Translations under genes and position numbers: made by a program
Part shown: positions 44,302-54,327 of the stretch, piece by piece
Layout: each line of letters begins with the position of its first letter
Position numbering within the stretch: position 1 is the first letter of the stretch
DNA from: Piedraia hortae CBS 480.64
Lineage: Eukaryota
DNA: 64,000 bases
Assembly: GCA_010093745.1 (NCBI GenBank)
Contig: MU005990.1
Span: forward strand, 1-64,000
Reading direction: 5' to 3'
The notes under the pieces: generated by a model
Seen by the model: the letters and a program-made list of their open reading frames with translations, nothing else
The model's database searches: none
Told to the model about the DNA's origin: nothing

Positions 44302-46584
44302 ATGTCGCCCAGCCACCCCCTCAACCCAACGGTTGTAGATTTAGCTCTGTCTCCCCTTACACGTTCAATGACCTCGCCTCAGCCTGCCTACTTCGACTCC
44401 ATTCCGCCGTGGGCTTTGAAGCAAACCAACGTTTCTCAGCCCTCGTTAATTCACTCTAAGCCGAGCTTGCATAGTATTGCAGCCAGCCAATCCCAATGCA
44501 GCTCTGCTGGTGCCCCTGACATCTCTCCCCCGACATCAAGAGGTCACGATGGGACCCTAGACCAGGGACCGTATAGACGACAAAAAGACACGGCCGCGTA
44601 CCCACCACGACAATATGGCACTCTCCCGTCTGATATGCGAGATGAAAATGAGCGATGCTACATCCACTTCGCCCTTGACCAGATAACAAGAGACGAGGAA
44701 GTAAAAGCTGCTGCACTCAATAGAAGGGGGAGCCGTTCCCGTCCTTGGGCCACACCAAGAATAGTGCCATTCGAACAGCAGTCTGGTGCTGCTCAAATAC
44801 AGGTGCCGCGTAAGAGCCCAATAACACCCACGCCAATCCCGACTGATTCTTTCATTGGAACAACAGAAAAAAAGACCAGAGAAAACCCCAGGGCAAATGA
44901 GGAATGCAGTCATGCCAAGTTGTTAGCGGAAAATCTCAGTGCAATCCCATCATTCTCACAGGAGCCAATGGCTTTTCAACAACCCTTGAATTCCCCATTA
45001 GCCCCTCCGAACCAAGAACTCGCTTCACTGTTGCCTCCAGAGGAAGAGAATGCTTCGCAAGGGCGTTTCTATCGCCAATACTCTGTCCAGACGCAACCCA
45101 CTGGTGAGCTGTTCCCACCGATGAGACGTGAGCATCGATCTCTACATCCGAAACCGGCCACCAAACGTGACGAATCAGTTGCCACACAAATGTCCAGCAC
45201 CCCGGGCATTCTGAGAACACCGTGGTTGGGCGTCTTTATCGGTTTGCTCCTGACCACAACCATCTTCTTGATTGCCTGTGGATCAGCCACCATATCAAGA
45301 TCTAGATTGTGGCCGTATAGGTTACTGGGAGATGACATGTACTTTGTCTCTCGATATCTCCCGACAATGTTCGGTATGGCCATATACCTGTGGAGTGTAC
45401 AGATTCAAGTTGGAATCTTTCGGATCGCTCCCTTGATTGCAATGTCCAATCCTCGACCGAGCCTTAAAAGGCGTGCAGTTACACTACCAATGATGCCGGA
45501 AGGGTTTGTGACGCCTTGCTTTGGCCACTTTAAAGCCGGAGTGCCGGTTATCGGGATGGCAGCAGTCTCCTGCTGGCTCAGCGGCTTTGCAGTTCCATTG
45601 CTAGCTGCGAGCTTCAATATCTACCCGCACAACGGCAAATGGTTCTGGGTTGCTACTCGTGGCACCATTTGGACCGTCATCACCATATACCTTCTCCACC
45701 TCATCAGCATTGTTACCTTGATCATGTGGCTCAAGAACAAGAGGCACAGACTTGATCACTCGCCCAAGTCTCTTGCTGATTTGTCGACACTGACAGAAAA
45801 CATTCAATGCTCGATGCGGGGAAGAGCGGCATCGTCGGCGGAAGCAGATGATTACGAACAGCCCAGCACAGAGAAAATGATACCGCATCACGCCGAGGTT
45901 CATGACAAACTTTCTGGGTTATTGCCGTGGTTTTTGCAGCCGCTAATGGCTACACTGTGGGCTGTCATTGCGACCATCCTCATGCTTGCTTTCCTCATTG
46001 TCAGCTATAGCAGCAAAACCGGCGTCTCAAAGGGCTTCTTGCCCCATGTGCCTGCGAGAATCAACGCCCGTGGCTTCAGCCCTGCAGAATTCTTGTACAG
46101 CTTCGTACCCGCACTTCTTGGCATGTGGGCACTAGCTACTTGGTTGACGATCGATTACACATACCGCCGACTACAAATAATCGATGTGTTGCGGCAAGAA
46201 GGCTGCAAAAGCCAACCATCAGTCTTCCCATTCGTCGTTACCGCCCGTGCAGCGGCCAACGGACATTGGAAGATGGCACTGATCAGTTTCATGAGCATGA
46301 TCACAGCTCTATTACCAATTCTAGCGGGGGGAGTGTTCTGGCCGCAATACTACACCAGTGAGCACCGCACAAAAGTGAGCACGCACATGGCTGCATACGC
46401 TGCCCTGACTCTTTTCGCTGTTTTATGTGCTCTCGCATATTGGCTCATCATTCCTTCTCGATCATTGCGGAAGGCGGATGATCTTATTGGACGAGATCCA
46501 CATGGCAGCAGTGTGAACTCTCTTTCTGGAATCTTGGCGCTGGCGAAACATAGGGGATTGGCATCTGTATTAGCGAAGGCGTAA
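44302..46584 (+). CDS. Multi-pass membrane protein, DUF3433-like
   Basis: Disordered N-terminus with YIHFALDQITRDEE, then two TM blocks (YLPT...IFRIAPL and FLYSFVPALLG...IDYTYRRLQ). Start codon uncertain (44302 or 44368). Confidence 0.78.
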   Translation: MSPSHPLNPTVVDLALSPLTRSMTSPQPAYFDSIPPWALKQTNVSQPSLIHSKPSLHSIAASQSQCSSAGAPDISPPTSRGHDGTLDQGPYRRQKDTAAYPPRQYGTLPSDMRDENERCYIHFALDQITRDEEVKAAALNRRGSRSRPWATPRIVPFEQQSGAAQIQVPRKSPITPTPIPTDSFIGTTEKKTRENPRANEECSHAKLLAENLSAIPSFSQEPMAFQQPLNSPLAPPNQELASLLPPEEENASQGRFYRQYSVQTQPTGELFPPMRREHRSLHPKPATKRDESVATQMSSTPGILRTPWLGVFIGLLLTTTIFLIACGSATISRSRLWPYRLLGDDMYFVSRYLPTMFGMAIYLWSVQIQVGIFRIAPLIAMSNPRPSLKRRAVTLPMMPEGFVTPCFGHFKAGVPVIGMAAVSCWLSGFAVPLLAASFNIYPHNGKWFWVATRGTIWTVITIYLLHLISIVTLIMWLKNKRHRLDHSPKSLADLSTLTENIQCSMRGRAASSAEADDYEQPSTEKMIPHHAEVHDKLSGLLPWFLQPLMATLWAVIATILMLAFLIVSYSSKTGVSKGFLPHVPARINARGFSPAEFLYSFVPALLGMWALATWLTIDYTYRRLQIIDVLRQEGCKSQPSVFPFVVTARAAANGHWKMALISFMSMITALLPILAGGVFWPQYYTSEHRTKVSTHMAAYAALTLFAVLCALAYWLIIPSRSLRKADDLIGRDPHGSSVNSLSGILALAKHRGLASVLAKA

Positions 46585-46758
46585 ATTTTTATGAGCGAAC
46601 ATGGCATTTTTTACAGCTGAATATGACCATATCTACTCTGTGAGATGAATGACATGTGGATATATGAGCCTATGGTTAACGTAGTATGGATTGATGAAGA
46701 TGAGATCATCGACTGCGTTTCCCCCACCTTGGTCAAAAATACAACCAAAACAACACTG

Positions 46759-46781
46759 CCCCCCCCCCCCCCCCCCCCCCC
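46759..46781. repeat. C homopolymer (about 23 nt) just upstream of the IFA38 ATG
   Basis: Directly visible C run. Confidence 0.9.
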
Positions 46782-46797
46782 TTCCCACCTAACCGCA

Positions 46798-47757
46798 ATG
46801 AACTTCACAACTGTTCTTGCGGCCATTGGCTGCTTGTACATTGGCAGTAAAATCCTCTCCTTTCTCCGCCTCTTGCTCTCCGTCTACGTGCTGCCTGGCA
46901 GACGTATAGCCGACAACGCTCCCAAAGGCAGCTGGGCCCTCGTCACCGGCGCCAGCGACGGAATCGGCAAGGAATATGCCTTGCAGCTGGCCAAACTAGG
47001 CTACAACATCCTGTTAGTCTCACGAACACAGTCGAAGCTTGATGCAATTGTATCGGACCTCAAGAAGGGAAGTTCGATCGATGCCAAAGCATTTGCCATG
47101 GATTTCGCCGCCAATCAAGACGAAGACTACCAGAAACTAAAAGCGATCGTAGACAGCCTCAACATAGGCATCCTGGTCAACAACGTCGGGCAAAGCCATC
47201 GCATTCCCGTCCCCTTTGCCGAGACAGAGAGTCGTGAAATGCGAGACATCATCACAATCAACTGCCAGGCCACGCTACGCGTAACTCAGCTAGTTCTGCC
47301 TGGCATGATGAAGCGACGTCAGGGACTTATCCTGACCATGGCCAGCTTCGGCGGTGTCCTTCCTACCCCTTTGCTAGCCACGTATTCCGGGTCCAAGGCG
47401 TTCCTGCAGTACTGGTCTTCGGCTTTGGCATCGGAACTTGCAGAGTATAACATCCGAGTCGAGCTCGTGCAGAGCTACCTCATCACTTCTGCCATGAGTA
47501 AAATCCGTCGCGCATCGTGGATGGTGCCCACACCAAGGACATTTGTCCAGTTTGTGCTGAAGAAAATTGGTCGCAGCGGTGGCGCGCAGGGGATAGCCGC
47601 AACATCAACGTCGTATCCTGCTCATGCTCTCATGCATTGGGCCATTTCCAACTTAACACCAGGTCCGATGAACGACGTAGTCATCGACTTCAATAGGCGA
47701 ATGCACGAGGACATCCGCGCTCGCGCGTTGCGTAAAGAGGGTAAACAGAAGTTGTAG
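46798..47757 (+). CDS. IFA38: Very-long-chain 3-oxoacyl-CoA reductase (SDR)
   Basis: N-terminal TM segment, [47 protein letters not shown]. Confidence 0.93.
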   Translation: MNFTTVLAAIGCLYIGSKILSFLRLLLSVYVLPGRRIADNAPKGSWALVTGASDGIGKEYALQLAKLGYNILLVSRTQSKLDAIVSDLKKGSSIDAKAFAMDFAANQDEDYQKLKAIVDSLNIGILVNNVGQSHRIPVPFAETESREMRDIITINCQATLRVTQLVLPGMMKRRQGLILTMASFGGVLPTPLLATYSGSKAFLQYWSSALASELAEYNIRVELVQSYLITSAMSKIRRASWMVPTPRTFVQFVLKKIGRSGGAQGIAATSTSYPAHALMHWAISNLTPGPMNDVVIDFNRRMHEDIRARALRKEGKQKL

Positions 47758-47870
47758 ATTAAACCCATCAAATCCCATCTTTTGAAACCACCGTGTCCCT
47801 CTTGGCATCATGCACATCCCAATCCGGCAACTGTCCCCCGAACCCAAAAACCCACCACCCCCAAGAAAAA

Positions 47871-50672
47871 ATGTCCTCCCCAATCCGACTCTCCCTACCC
47901 CTCCGCTACCAAAAAGACATCTTCCACTCGCTACGCAACGAAGACGGCCTCCTCGTCCTCGCACGAGGTCTCGGCCTTTTACACATCGTCTCCAACCTCC
48001 TACACTCCTACGATGCGGCGGGCAACAACCTCATAATCCTCGTCAACGCCGACGACAACGAAAACACTTGGCTCGGCGAAGCCCTAGCCGAACAGGCTCT
48101 AATCAGCAACGCGGCAAAATGCCGGGGTCTGCAGCTCTGCAATACAGACTCAACGGGCGTGGGGGTGCGAGAGAAGCTGTACGCCTCTGGCGGGGTGTTG
48201 AGCGTTACGAGTAGGATTCTGCTTGTGGATTTGCTTTCTGGAATTTTGGACCCAAAGGGGATAACGGGTCTGGTGGTGTTACATGCTGACCGCATCTCGG
48301 CGACGGATTCGGAGGCGTTTATTGTCAGGTTGTATAGACTGGGGAACAAGATGGGGTTTTTGAAAGCTTTTTCGGATCGGGCGGAACCCCTCGCAGGGAC
48401 ACAGATGGCGCTGGAGAAGGTTTTGAAAAATTTGTTTTTGAGGAGGACGTTCCTCTTTCCGAGGTTTCAGGTTAACGTTGCGGAGGCGTTGGAGGGGAAG
48501 AGGAAGGCGGAGGTTATCGAATTGGAAGTGCAGATGACGGAGGCGATGAGGGAGATTCAGAATGCGATTCTGGAGTGTGTGGAGGAGTGTATTAAGGAGT
48601 TGAAGAAGGGGAATAGTGAACTTGATGTGGAGGACTTGAATATGGATACCGCGCTGCATAGGTCGTTTGATTTGATTGTGCAGAGACAGTTGGATCGCGT
48701 GTGGCATCGGACGAGTTTTAGGACGAGGCAGTTGGTCGCGGATTTGAAGGTTTTGAGGGATACGTTGCATTATATCCTTGCGTATGATGCGGTGGAGTTT
48801 AATCAACATCTAGAGAGTGTGAGGGCGGCGTCGGCGCCGACGAAGGGATCCTCTTGGCATAACCCCTCGCCGTGGTTGTATTTGGATGCGGCGCAGACGG
48901 TGTTCGCGACCGCGAAGAGGAGGGTGTACACCGGACAGCTTACGGAGGGGAGTGATTGGAAGCCTGTACTGGAAGAACTGCCCAAGTGGAAGGTGCTAGC
49001 TGAAATTCTGGATGAGATTGAGCGGGATGTCTACCTTAATCCGCATCTGCAGGATCAGAATGGAGGCGCGGTGCTTATTATGTGTGGTAGCTATGATACC
49101 AGTCGGCAGCTGCGGCAGTACCTTCACTCAATGTACGCTGAACCCGGGGAGGATGCCGAGCAGGACGAGGCAGATGACGAAGACAAGGAGACCGGAATAC
49201 GGCCAAATGCTCGGCACATGATGCGTAGGAAGTTACGCCAGCATTTGATGTGGAAGCAGAACTTTGCTCGGGTGGAGAAGAATCTTTTTGTGGATAATAC
49301 AAAGAACACCGCACAAGGCTCTGCTGATCAGGCTGGTAATCGCGGTGAGCGTAGCCGGGCACCGCCAAACAAAAGACGGCGGGTCCGAGGCAATGCAGCA
49401 GCAGCAGCGTTGGGGCCACACAGAACTGTTGGCACTACCAACAGTAATCTGGCCGGTGACAAGCAAGCACACATAGAAGCACTCGTGCGTCAACTTGCAC
49501 CGGAGGAGGTCGAGAGTAAACCAGTAGATATTGCAGTCGGTGATTCGTTGGAAGACGTGGACAAATATTACGGGCTCTACGACCTCAAAGACGTCGTCAT
49601 CGTCCATCCATACAGCGGCGACATGGACGACCATTTGCTTGAGGAGACCAAGCCGAGATATGTCATCATGTACGAGCCGGACGCGGCCTTTATCAGACGA
49701 TTGGAGGTCTACCGTAGCAGCCACTCCAACCGGCAGGTGAGGGTGTATTTCATGTACTATGGCGGCAGCGTCGAGGAGCAGCGTTATCTCTCCGTTGTTC
49801 GAGGGGAGAAGGATTCGTTTACGAAACTCATCCGTGAGCGGGCCAATATGGCCATGAGTTTTACCCATGATACCGCCGATCTCGATCCGCAAGACGCATT
49901 TCTCCGCAGCGTCAACACCCGCATAGCCGGTGGTGGTCGTCTTACCGCCACGGCCGAGCCGCCTCGCGTCGTGTTTGATGTGCGAGAGTCTCGCTCCAAA
50001 GTCCCTTCGCTGCTCCACGCCCGTAACATGCAACCAGTGCCATGTACGCTTACCGTGGGCGATTACATCCTAACACCGGACATCTGTGTCGAGAGGAAAT
50101 CGCTCAAAGATCTCGTGTCGTCATTTGCCAACGGAAGGCTGTACAACCAGGCTCGATCCATGCTGCAGCATTACACCCATCCTATGCTGCTGATAGAATT
50201 CGAGCTCCACAAGGCTTTCACTCTGGAACCATTTACGGACAACGCCAAATCCGCCAATGCGTTGGCTTCGCAGGTGGGCTCGGACCTGCAAAGCAAGATT
50301 GTGCAGCTATGTCTGGCGTTTCCGCGTCTGCGTATAATCTGGTCTTCATCGCCGTACCAGACGGCTGAGATATTTGAAGAACTCAAGAAGAAGCAGCCTG
50401 AGCCGAACCCCGTGAGGGCCGCGGAGATTGGGCTGGAAGAGGGTGATGATCCTTCGGGCAGGATGTTTAATCAACTGCCCCAGGATCTGCTGCGGGCAGT
50501 GCCCGGGGTGAGCGCCAAAGCGCTGCAACGGTTAATATTGTCGTTTAACGACGTCCAGGATGTTGCCAATGCAGACTTCGACCGGCTCAAAGCCGTGGTT
50601 GGTAGGGAAAGTGCGAGGCTGATTCGAAATTTTTTCGATCAATGTAACTGGGATGAAGACGGGAATTATTAA
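47871..50672 (+). CDS. RAD1: XPF/Rad1 (MEI-9) structure-specific endonuclease
   Basis: [29 protein letters not shown], nuclease motif [29 protein letters not shown], and a C-terminal HhH. Confidence 0.96.
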   Translation: MSSPIRLSLPLRYQKDIFHSLRNEDGLLVLARGLGLLHIVSNLLHSYDAAGNNLIILVNADDNENTWLGEALAEQALISNAAKCRGLQLCNTDSTGVGVREKLYASGGVLSVTSRILLVDLLSGILDPKGITGLVVLHADRISATDSEAFIVRLYRLGNKMGFLKAFSDRAEPLAGTQMALEKVLKNLFLRRTFLFPRFQVNVAEALEGKRKAEVIELEVQMTEAMREIQNAILECVEECIKELKKGNSELDVEDLNMDTALHRSFDLIVQRQLDRVWHRTSFRTRQLVADLKVLRDTLHYILAYDAVEFNQHLESVRAASAPTKGSSWHNPSPWLYLDAAQTVFATAKRRVYTGQLTEGSDWKPVLEELPKWKVLAEILDEIERDVYLNPHLQDQNGGAVLIMCGSYDTSRQLRQYLHSMYAEPGEDAEQDEADDEDKETGIRPNARHMMRRKLRQHLMWKQNFARVEKNLFVDNTKNTAQGSADQAGNRGERSRAPPNKRRRVRGNAAAAALGPHRTVGTTNSNLAGDKQAHIEALVRQLAPEEVESKPVDIAVGDSLEDVDKYYGLYDLKDVVIVHPYSGDMDDHLLEETKPRYVIMYEPDAAFIRRLEVYRSSHSNRQVRVYFMYYGGSVEEQRYLSVVRGEKDSFTKLIRERANMAMSFTHDTADLDPQDAFLRSVNTRIAGGGRLTATAEPPRVVFDVRESRSKVPSLLHARNMQPVPCTLTVGDYILTPDICVERKSLKDLVSSFANGRLYNQARSMLQHYTHPMLLIEFELHKAFTLEPFTDNAKSANALASQVGSDLQSKIVQLCLAFPRLRIIWSSSPYQTAEIFEELKKKQPEPNPVRAAEIGLEEGDDPSGRMFNQLPQDLLRAVPGVSAKALQRLILSFNDVQDVANADFDRLKAVVGRESARLIRNFFDQCNWDEDGNY

Positions 50673-50679
50673 CGTCTGT

Positions 50680-51064
50680 TTATGACTCCTCTGGCTTTGA
50701 TTTCTGTTGCTTTCTGCCTTCCTCTTCCCACACCGTCCAGACTTGGAGTCGTCAGTGTGAGTTTGATATTGTTCGAGGCGGGACGAAACATACCGGGCTT
50801 ATCACTCTTCGAATACCGTTTAAGCTTTGTGACGAATTTGTCAAAGTCCTCTTGTCTCTCTTCCCGATGCGCCAATGCTCGTCTACGTAAATCGGGGTTG
50901 TATCGCTATGACAATCAGTTTCGTGTGAATGTTTATCCTAGGGGAACTTGATCGACCTTGAGAAGTTCATCCTCACTTGGTGTGATGTAGTAGACGAATG
51001 CCGGTCCTCCGACTGACACGACGGTACCTGCGGTTATCAGCTTCACCCATGTCACCGCCCGCAT
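50680..51064 (-). CDS. CBP4: Cytochrome b assembly factor Cbp4 (93 aa; not recovered intact by the ORF track)
   Basis: Exons 51064-50957, 50905-50794 and 50741-50680 splice to [93 protein letters not shown]. Confidence 0.9.
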
Positions 51065-51381
51065 GTTGTTGAAGTCGTTGGTGCCTGCGCCACGCGAGTC
51101 GCGCGGTTGCAAGCGCTAACCGTTTCATCTTGATCACTTCCACATCACATGATTCAAACTTTGGAAAGATGACGCCTTCAAATGCGGGGCAAGCTGATCG
51201 TGGCTCTTTGGAGGAGCTAGACATTCACCCAGAGTGGGTTAAACCTGTATTTTGAAATCCAAGCCGTGAGTCCAATTGGACGTATTAGAGCGACACGTTG
51301 AGCAGGTTAATATAAAGATTAATCCACACACCGACCAATATTGGCAAACCGTTGTGTGCAGCCGCCCCGCAGTGTGACCGC

Positions 51382-51400
51382 ACGCGTTTAGTAAACGCGT
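51382..51400. promoter_or_regulatory. Palindromic double MCB element between divergent CBP4 and PHO85
   Basis: ACGCGTTTA-G-TAAACGCGT, a perfect 9-bp inverted repeat containing two ACGCGT. Confidence 0.5.
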
Positions 51401-51720
51401 ATCGTAGCCGCCGGTTGTCAGGGCCGGTTGTAGGAAGCCATTTGTAGATCAGTTACACCACAGTCACCACGGCGTCCTCCACTTCGCTTTCGCAATCGGC
51501 TGTCGCAGCCCGACGACCGTCGCTCGCGCCGATTGAACAGCTTCAAGTGGCTGACCATTTGACAACAGCGCGGGAGGTCTTGTGGGATCCAAAGTACACG
51601 AATAAAGAGCCGCCGCCTATCGTCCTCAAGCCAACACAGGTCGATACCTTGTCGACCACTGACCGCAACGACAGCAACGTCAGCGTTACGAGTCTGGGTG
51701 GCGGGAAAACGGTTGGAAGA

Positions 51721-52967
51721 ATGGACAGGCGACATCCGTCGAGTTTCCAGCAGCTGGAGAAGCTGGGCGAAGGCACTTATGCAACGGTTTGTTCTCCCAA
51801 TCAACGCCATGGGTTGCCTAATAATTGCAGGTTTTCAAAGGTCGTAACAGCCATACCGGGCAGCTTGTGGCCCTCAAAGAGATCCACTTGGACTCCGAAG
51901 AAGGCACCCCTTCTACTGCTATCCGCGAGATCTCACTCATGAAGGAGCTCAAGCACCCCAACATCGTTGACCTCTATGATGTGATCCACACCGACAATAA
52001 GCTGATGCTTGTTTTCGAGTTCATGGACAAGGACCTGAAGAAGTACATGGACACGTACCAATCTACCAGTACTAGCCACCGCGGTGCACTGGATCCGGTG
52101 ACAGTGAAGTCGTTTATGTGGCAACTGTTGCAAGGCATAGCTTTCTGCCATGAGAATCGAGTTCTACATCGCGACCTCAAGCCACAGAATTTGCTTATCA
52201 ACAACTCTGGACAGTTAAAGCTGGCTGATTTTGGCCTTGCGCGCGCATTCGGCATACCAGTCAACACTTTTTCCAACGAAGTCGTGACATTATGGTACCG
52301 CGCCCCAGACGTCTTGCTTGGCAGTCGTACGTACAACACGTCCATTGACATCTGGTCGGCCGGATGCATCATGGCCGAGATGTTCACGGGCCGCCCGCTC
52401 TTCCCTGGAACGACCAACGAGGACCAGTTGATGAAGATCTTCCGGTTCCTGGGAACTCCTTCAGAGAGATCATGGCCAAAAATCACGCAATTCCCTGAAT
52501 ACAAGTCGACCTGGCCCGTTTATGCCACACAGGACATGCAGGTCTTTTTGCCCCAGATTGACCAGGCGGGCTTCAGCTTGTTGATGCAGATGATTCAGAT
52601 GAGACCGGAAGCCAGAATCACGGCCGCCGACGCCCTGCGGCATCCCTGGTTCGCCGAGTTCATGACGGCTGTCTCCTATCAACCCAGTGGGTATAGCACT
52701 CGTCCTTACAATGCGAACGGATACCAGGGCGGTGCGTACAATGCCTACGCGTTCAACGCCCCCACGTACAATGCGAACGCATACAATACCACAAATTACG
52801 CAGGGGCCTACAATGCAAATGCCTACAATGCTGGTGGGTATGCCCAGGGTGTTTACAACGGTCCCGGGCCCAATGCCTCTGGCTACAACAATGCCCAGGC
52901 TTCGGGGTACGGGCAGAGTGGGTTCAACCCTGCGGCGGCGGGATACAACCCCTCAGGGTATAGATAG
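51721..52967 (+). CDS. PHO85: Cyclin-dependent kinase Pho85/PhoA
   Basis: [18 protein letters not shown] (intron 51787-51830), [46 protein letters not shown]. Confidence 0.96.
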
Positions 52968-53209
52968 AATTGTACCATAGCGTTCTCGTGTGGAAAAGGA
53001 TTATGATGATTGACATGCAAGAGGAGTTTTCGGGAAGGGTATGAAATCATGTGCAATGAAGCTGCTGCAGGCGCCCCGCGATGATGTAACCGACGACGTC
53101 AAGGTCCGGGCGCCGCCTTATGTCCGTCGGAATGATTTGCTCAATCGTCAAAACTCTTCCTCCCTTTTGCACTTCAAGGTCAACTCGATTAGCGATCAAC
53201 TTTAGAACA

Positions 53210-53959
53210 ATGTCTACCCAGTCTAAGGCGTGCTGTACCATCCCGCCTGTGGTATCCGAGGGCTACAAGCCCAAGGGAGACTACATGCAGGTCGAGGGAA
53301 TGAAGACGTATGCCACAGGTCCAAAGGATGCCACGTCGGCTCTCTTGGTCGTCTATGACATCTTCGGCTTCTTCCCACAGACGCTGCAGGGTGCTGACAT
53401 CCTGGCCCATTCGGACAAGGAGCACCAGTATCAGGTCTTCATGCCTGACTTCTTTGATGGCAAGCCGGCCGATATCTCGTGGTATCCGCCCGACACCAAA
53501 GAAAAGGAAGAGAAGCTCGGAAACTTCTTCAAGACAACAGCTGCCCCGCCCAAGACTCTTGAACGTATCCCCAAGGTGTTGAAGCAGATTCAGTCGGAGC
53601 GTTCGAGCATCAAGAACTGGGGAGTCGTGGGCTTCTGTTGGGGCGGCAAGATTGTCAACTTGTCGTCGCAAGAGGGAACCCCATGGACGGCGGCCGCGGC
53701 TTGCCACCCAGCCATGGTTGATGCCAACGATGCTGCCAAAATCACCATCCCAATCGCTATGCTCCTCAGCAAAGACGAGCCCAAGGACAAGGTTGAAGAG
53801 TGGCAGCAGAAGATCAAGACGACGAACGTTGTCAAATGGTATCCAAACCAGATTCACGGCTTCATGGCAGCGCGCGGCGATTTGAAGAATCCAGAAGTTG
53901 AATCCGACTACAAAAAAGCTTATCAGCAACTGCTGGAGTTTTTCCATGCCCATATGTAA
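53210..53959 (+). CDS. Dienelactone hydrolase family protein
   Basis: SKACCTIPP, YDIFG, PDFF, nucleophile GFCWG, HGFMAARGD. Confidence 0.92.
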   Translation: MSTQSKACCTIPPVVSEGYKPKGDYMQVEGMKTYATGPKDATSALLVVYDIFGFFPQTLQGADILAHSDKEHQYQVFMPDFFDGKPADISWYPPDTKEKEEKLGNFFKTTAAPPKTLERIPKVLKQIQSERSSIKNWGVVGFCWGGKIVNLSSQEGTPWTAAAACHPAMVDANDAAKITIPIAMLLSKDEPKDKVEEWQQKIKTTNVVKWYPNQIHGFMAARGDLKNPEVESDYKKAYQQLLEFFHAHM

Positions 53960-54327
53960 GCCATGGCTTTCATCTTGGCTTGATAGGGAACTGTAATCTT
54001 GTCAAAGAGTTTGCAGTGGCTGACGTTGTGGGCCTCGCTAGGTCGGAGAACGGCACCTGGGGGGCGACTCTACCGCTGCGTCTCAAGAAGCAGCAGTTGA
54101 ATGGACCGTGAGTATGCCATATGTACATAGTGCCTAATGGCCCCGAACAATGCAGAAAAATTATGCACAACGTCTTGGTCACGTGTAGATGGCCAGCCGC
54201 TCTCCGGTTGCCGGTCATCCCGAGGTTGGGATGAACTACAGTGGGGGTTGACCCCACCGCGCCCCACGTGGCTGAGCAAGCAAAATGGGGTCGAAGCATG
54301 TGCACGCCAAGACGCTCCCCGACAAAC

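Noticed and set aside
26807..50672. Rad53, Pso2 and Rad1/XPF as a DNA-repair gene cluster
   Set aside because: They are spread over 24 kb among many unrelated genes, which is compatible with chance in a gene-dense genome.
51547..51720. In-frame N-terminal extension of Pho85
   Set aside because: It starts at GTG, and I could not identify an upstream ATG exon, so it is unsupported without transcript data.
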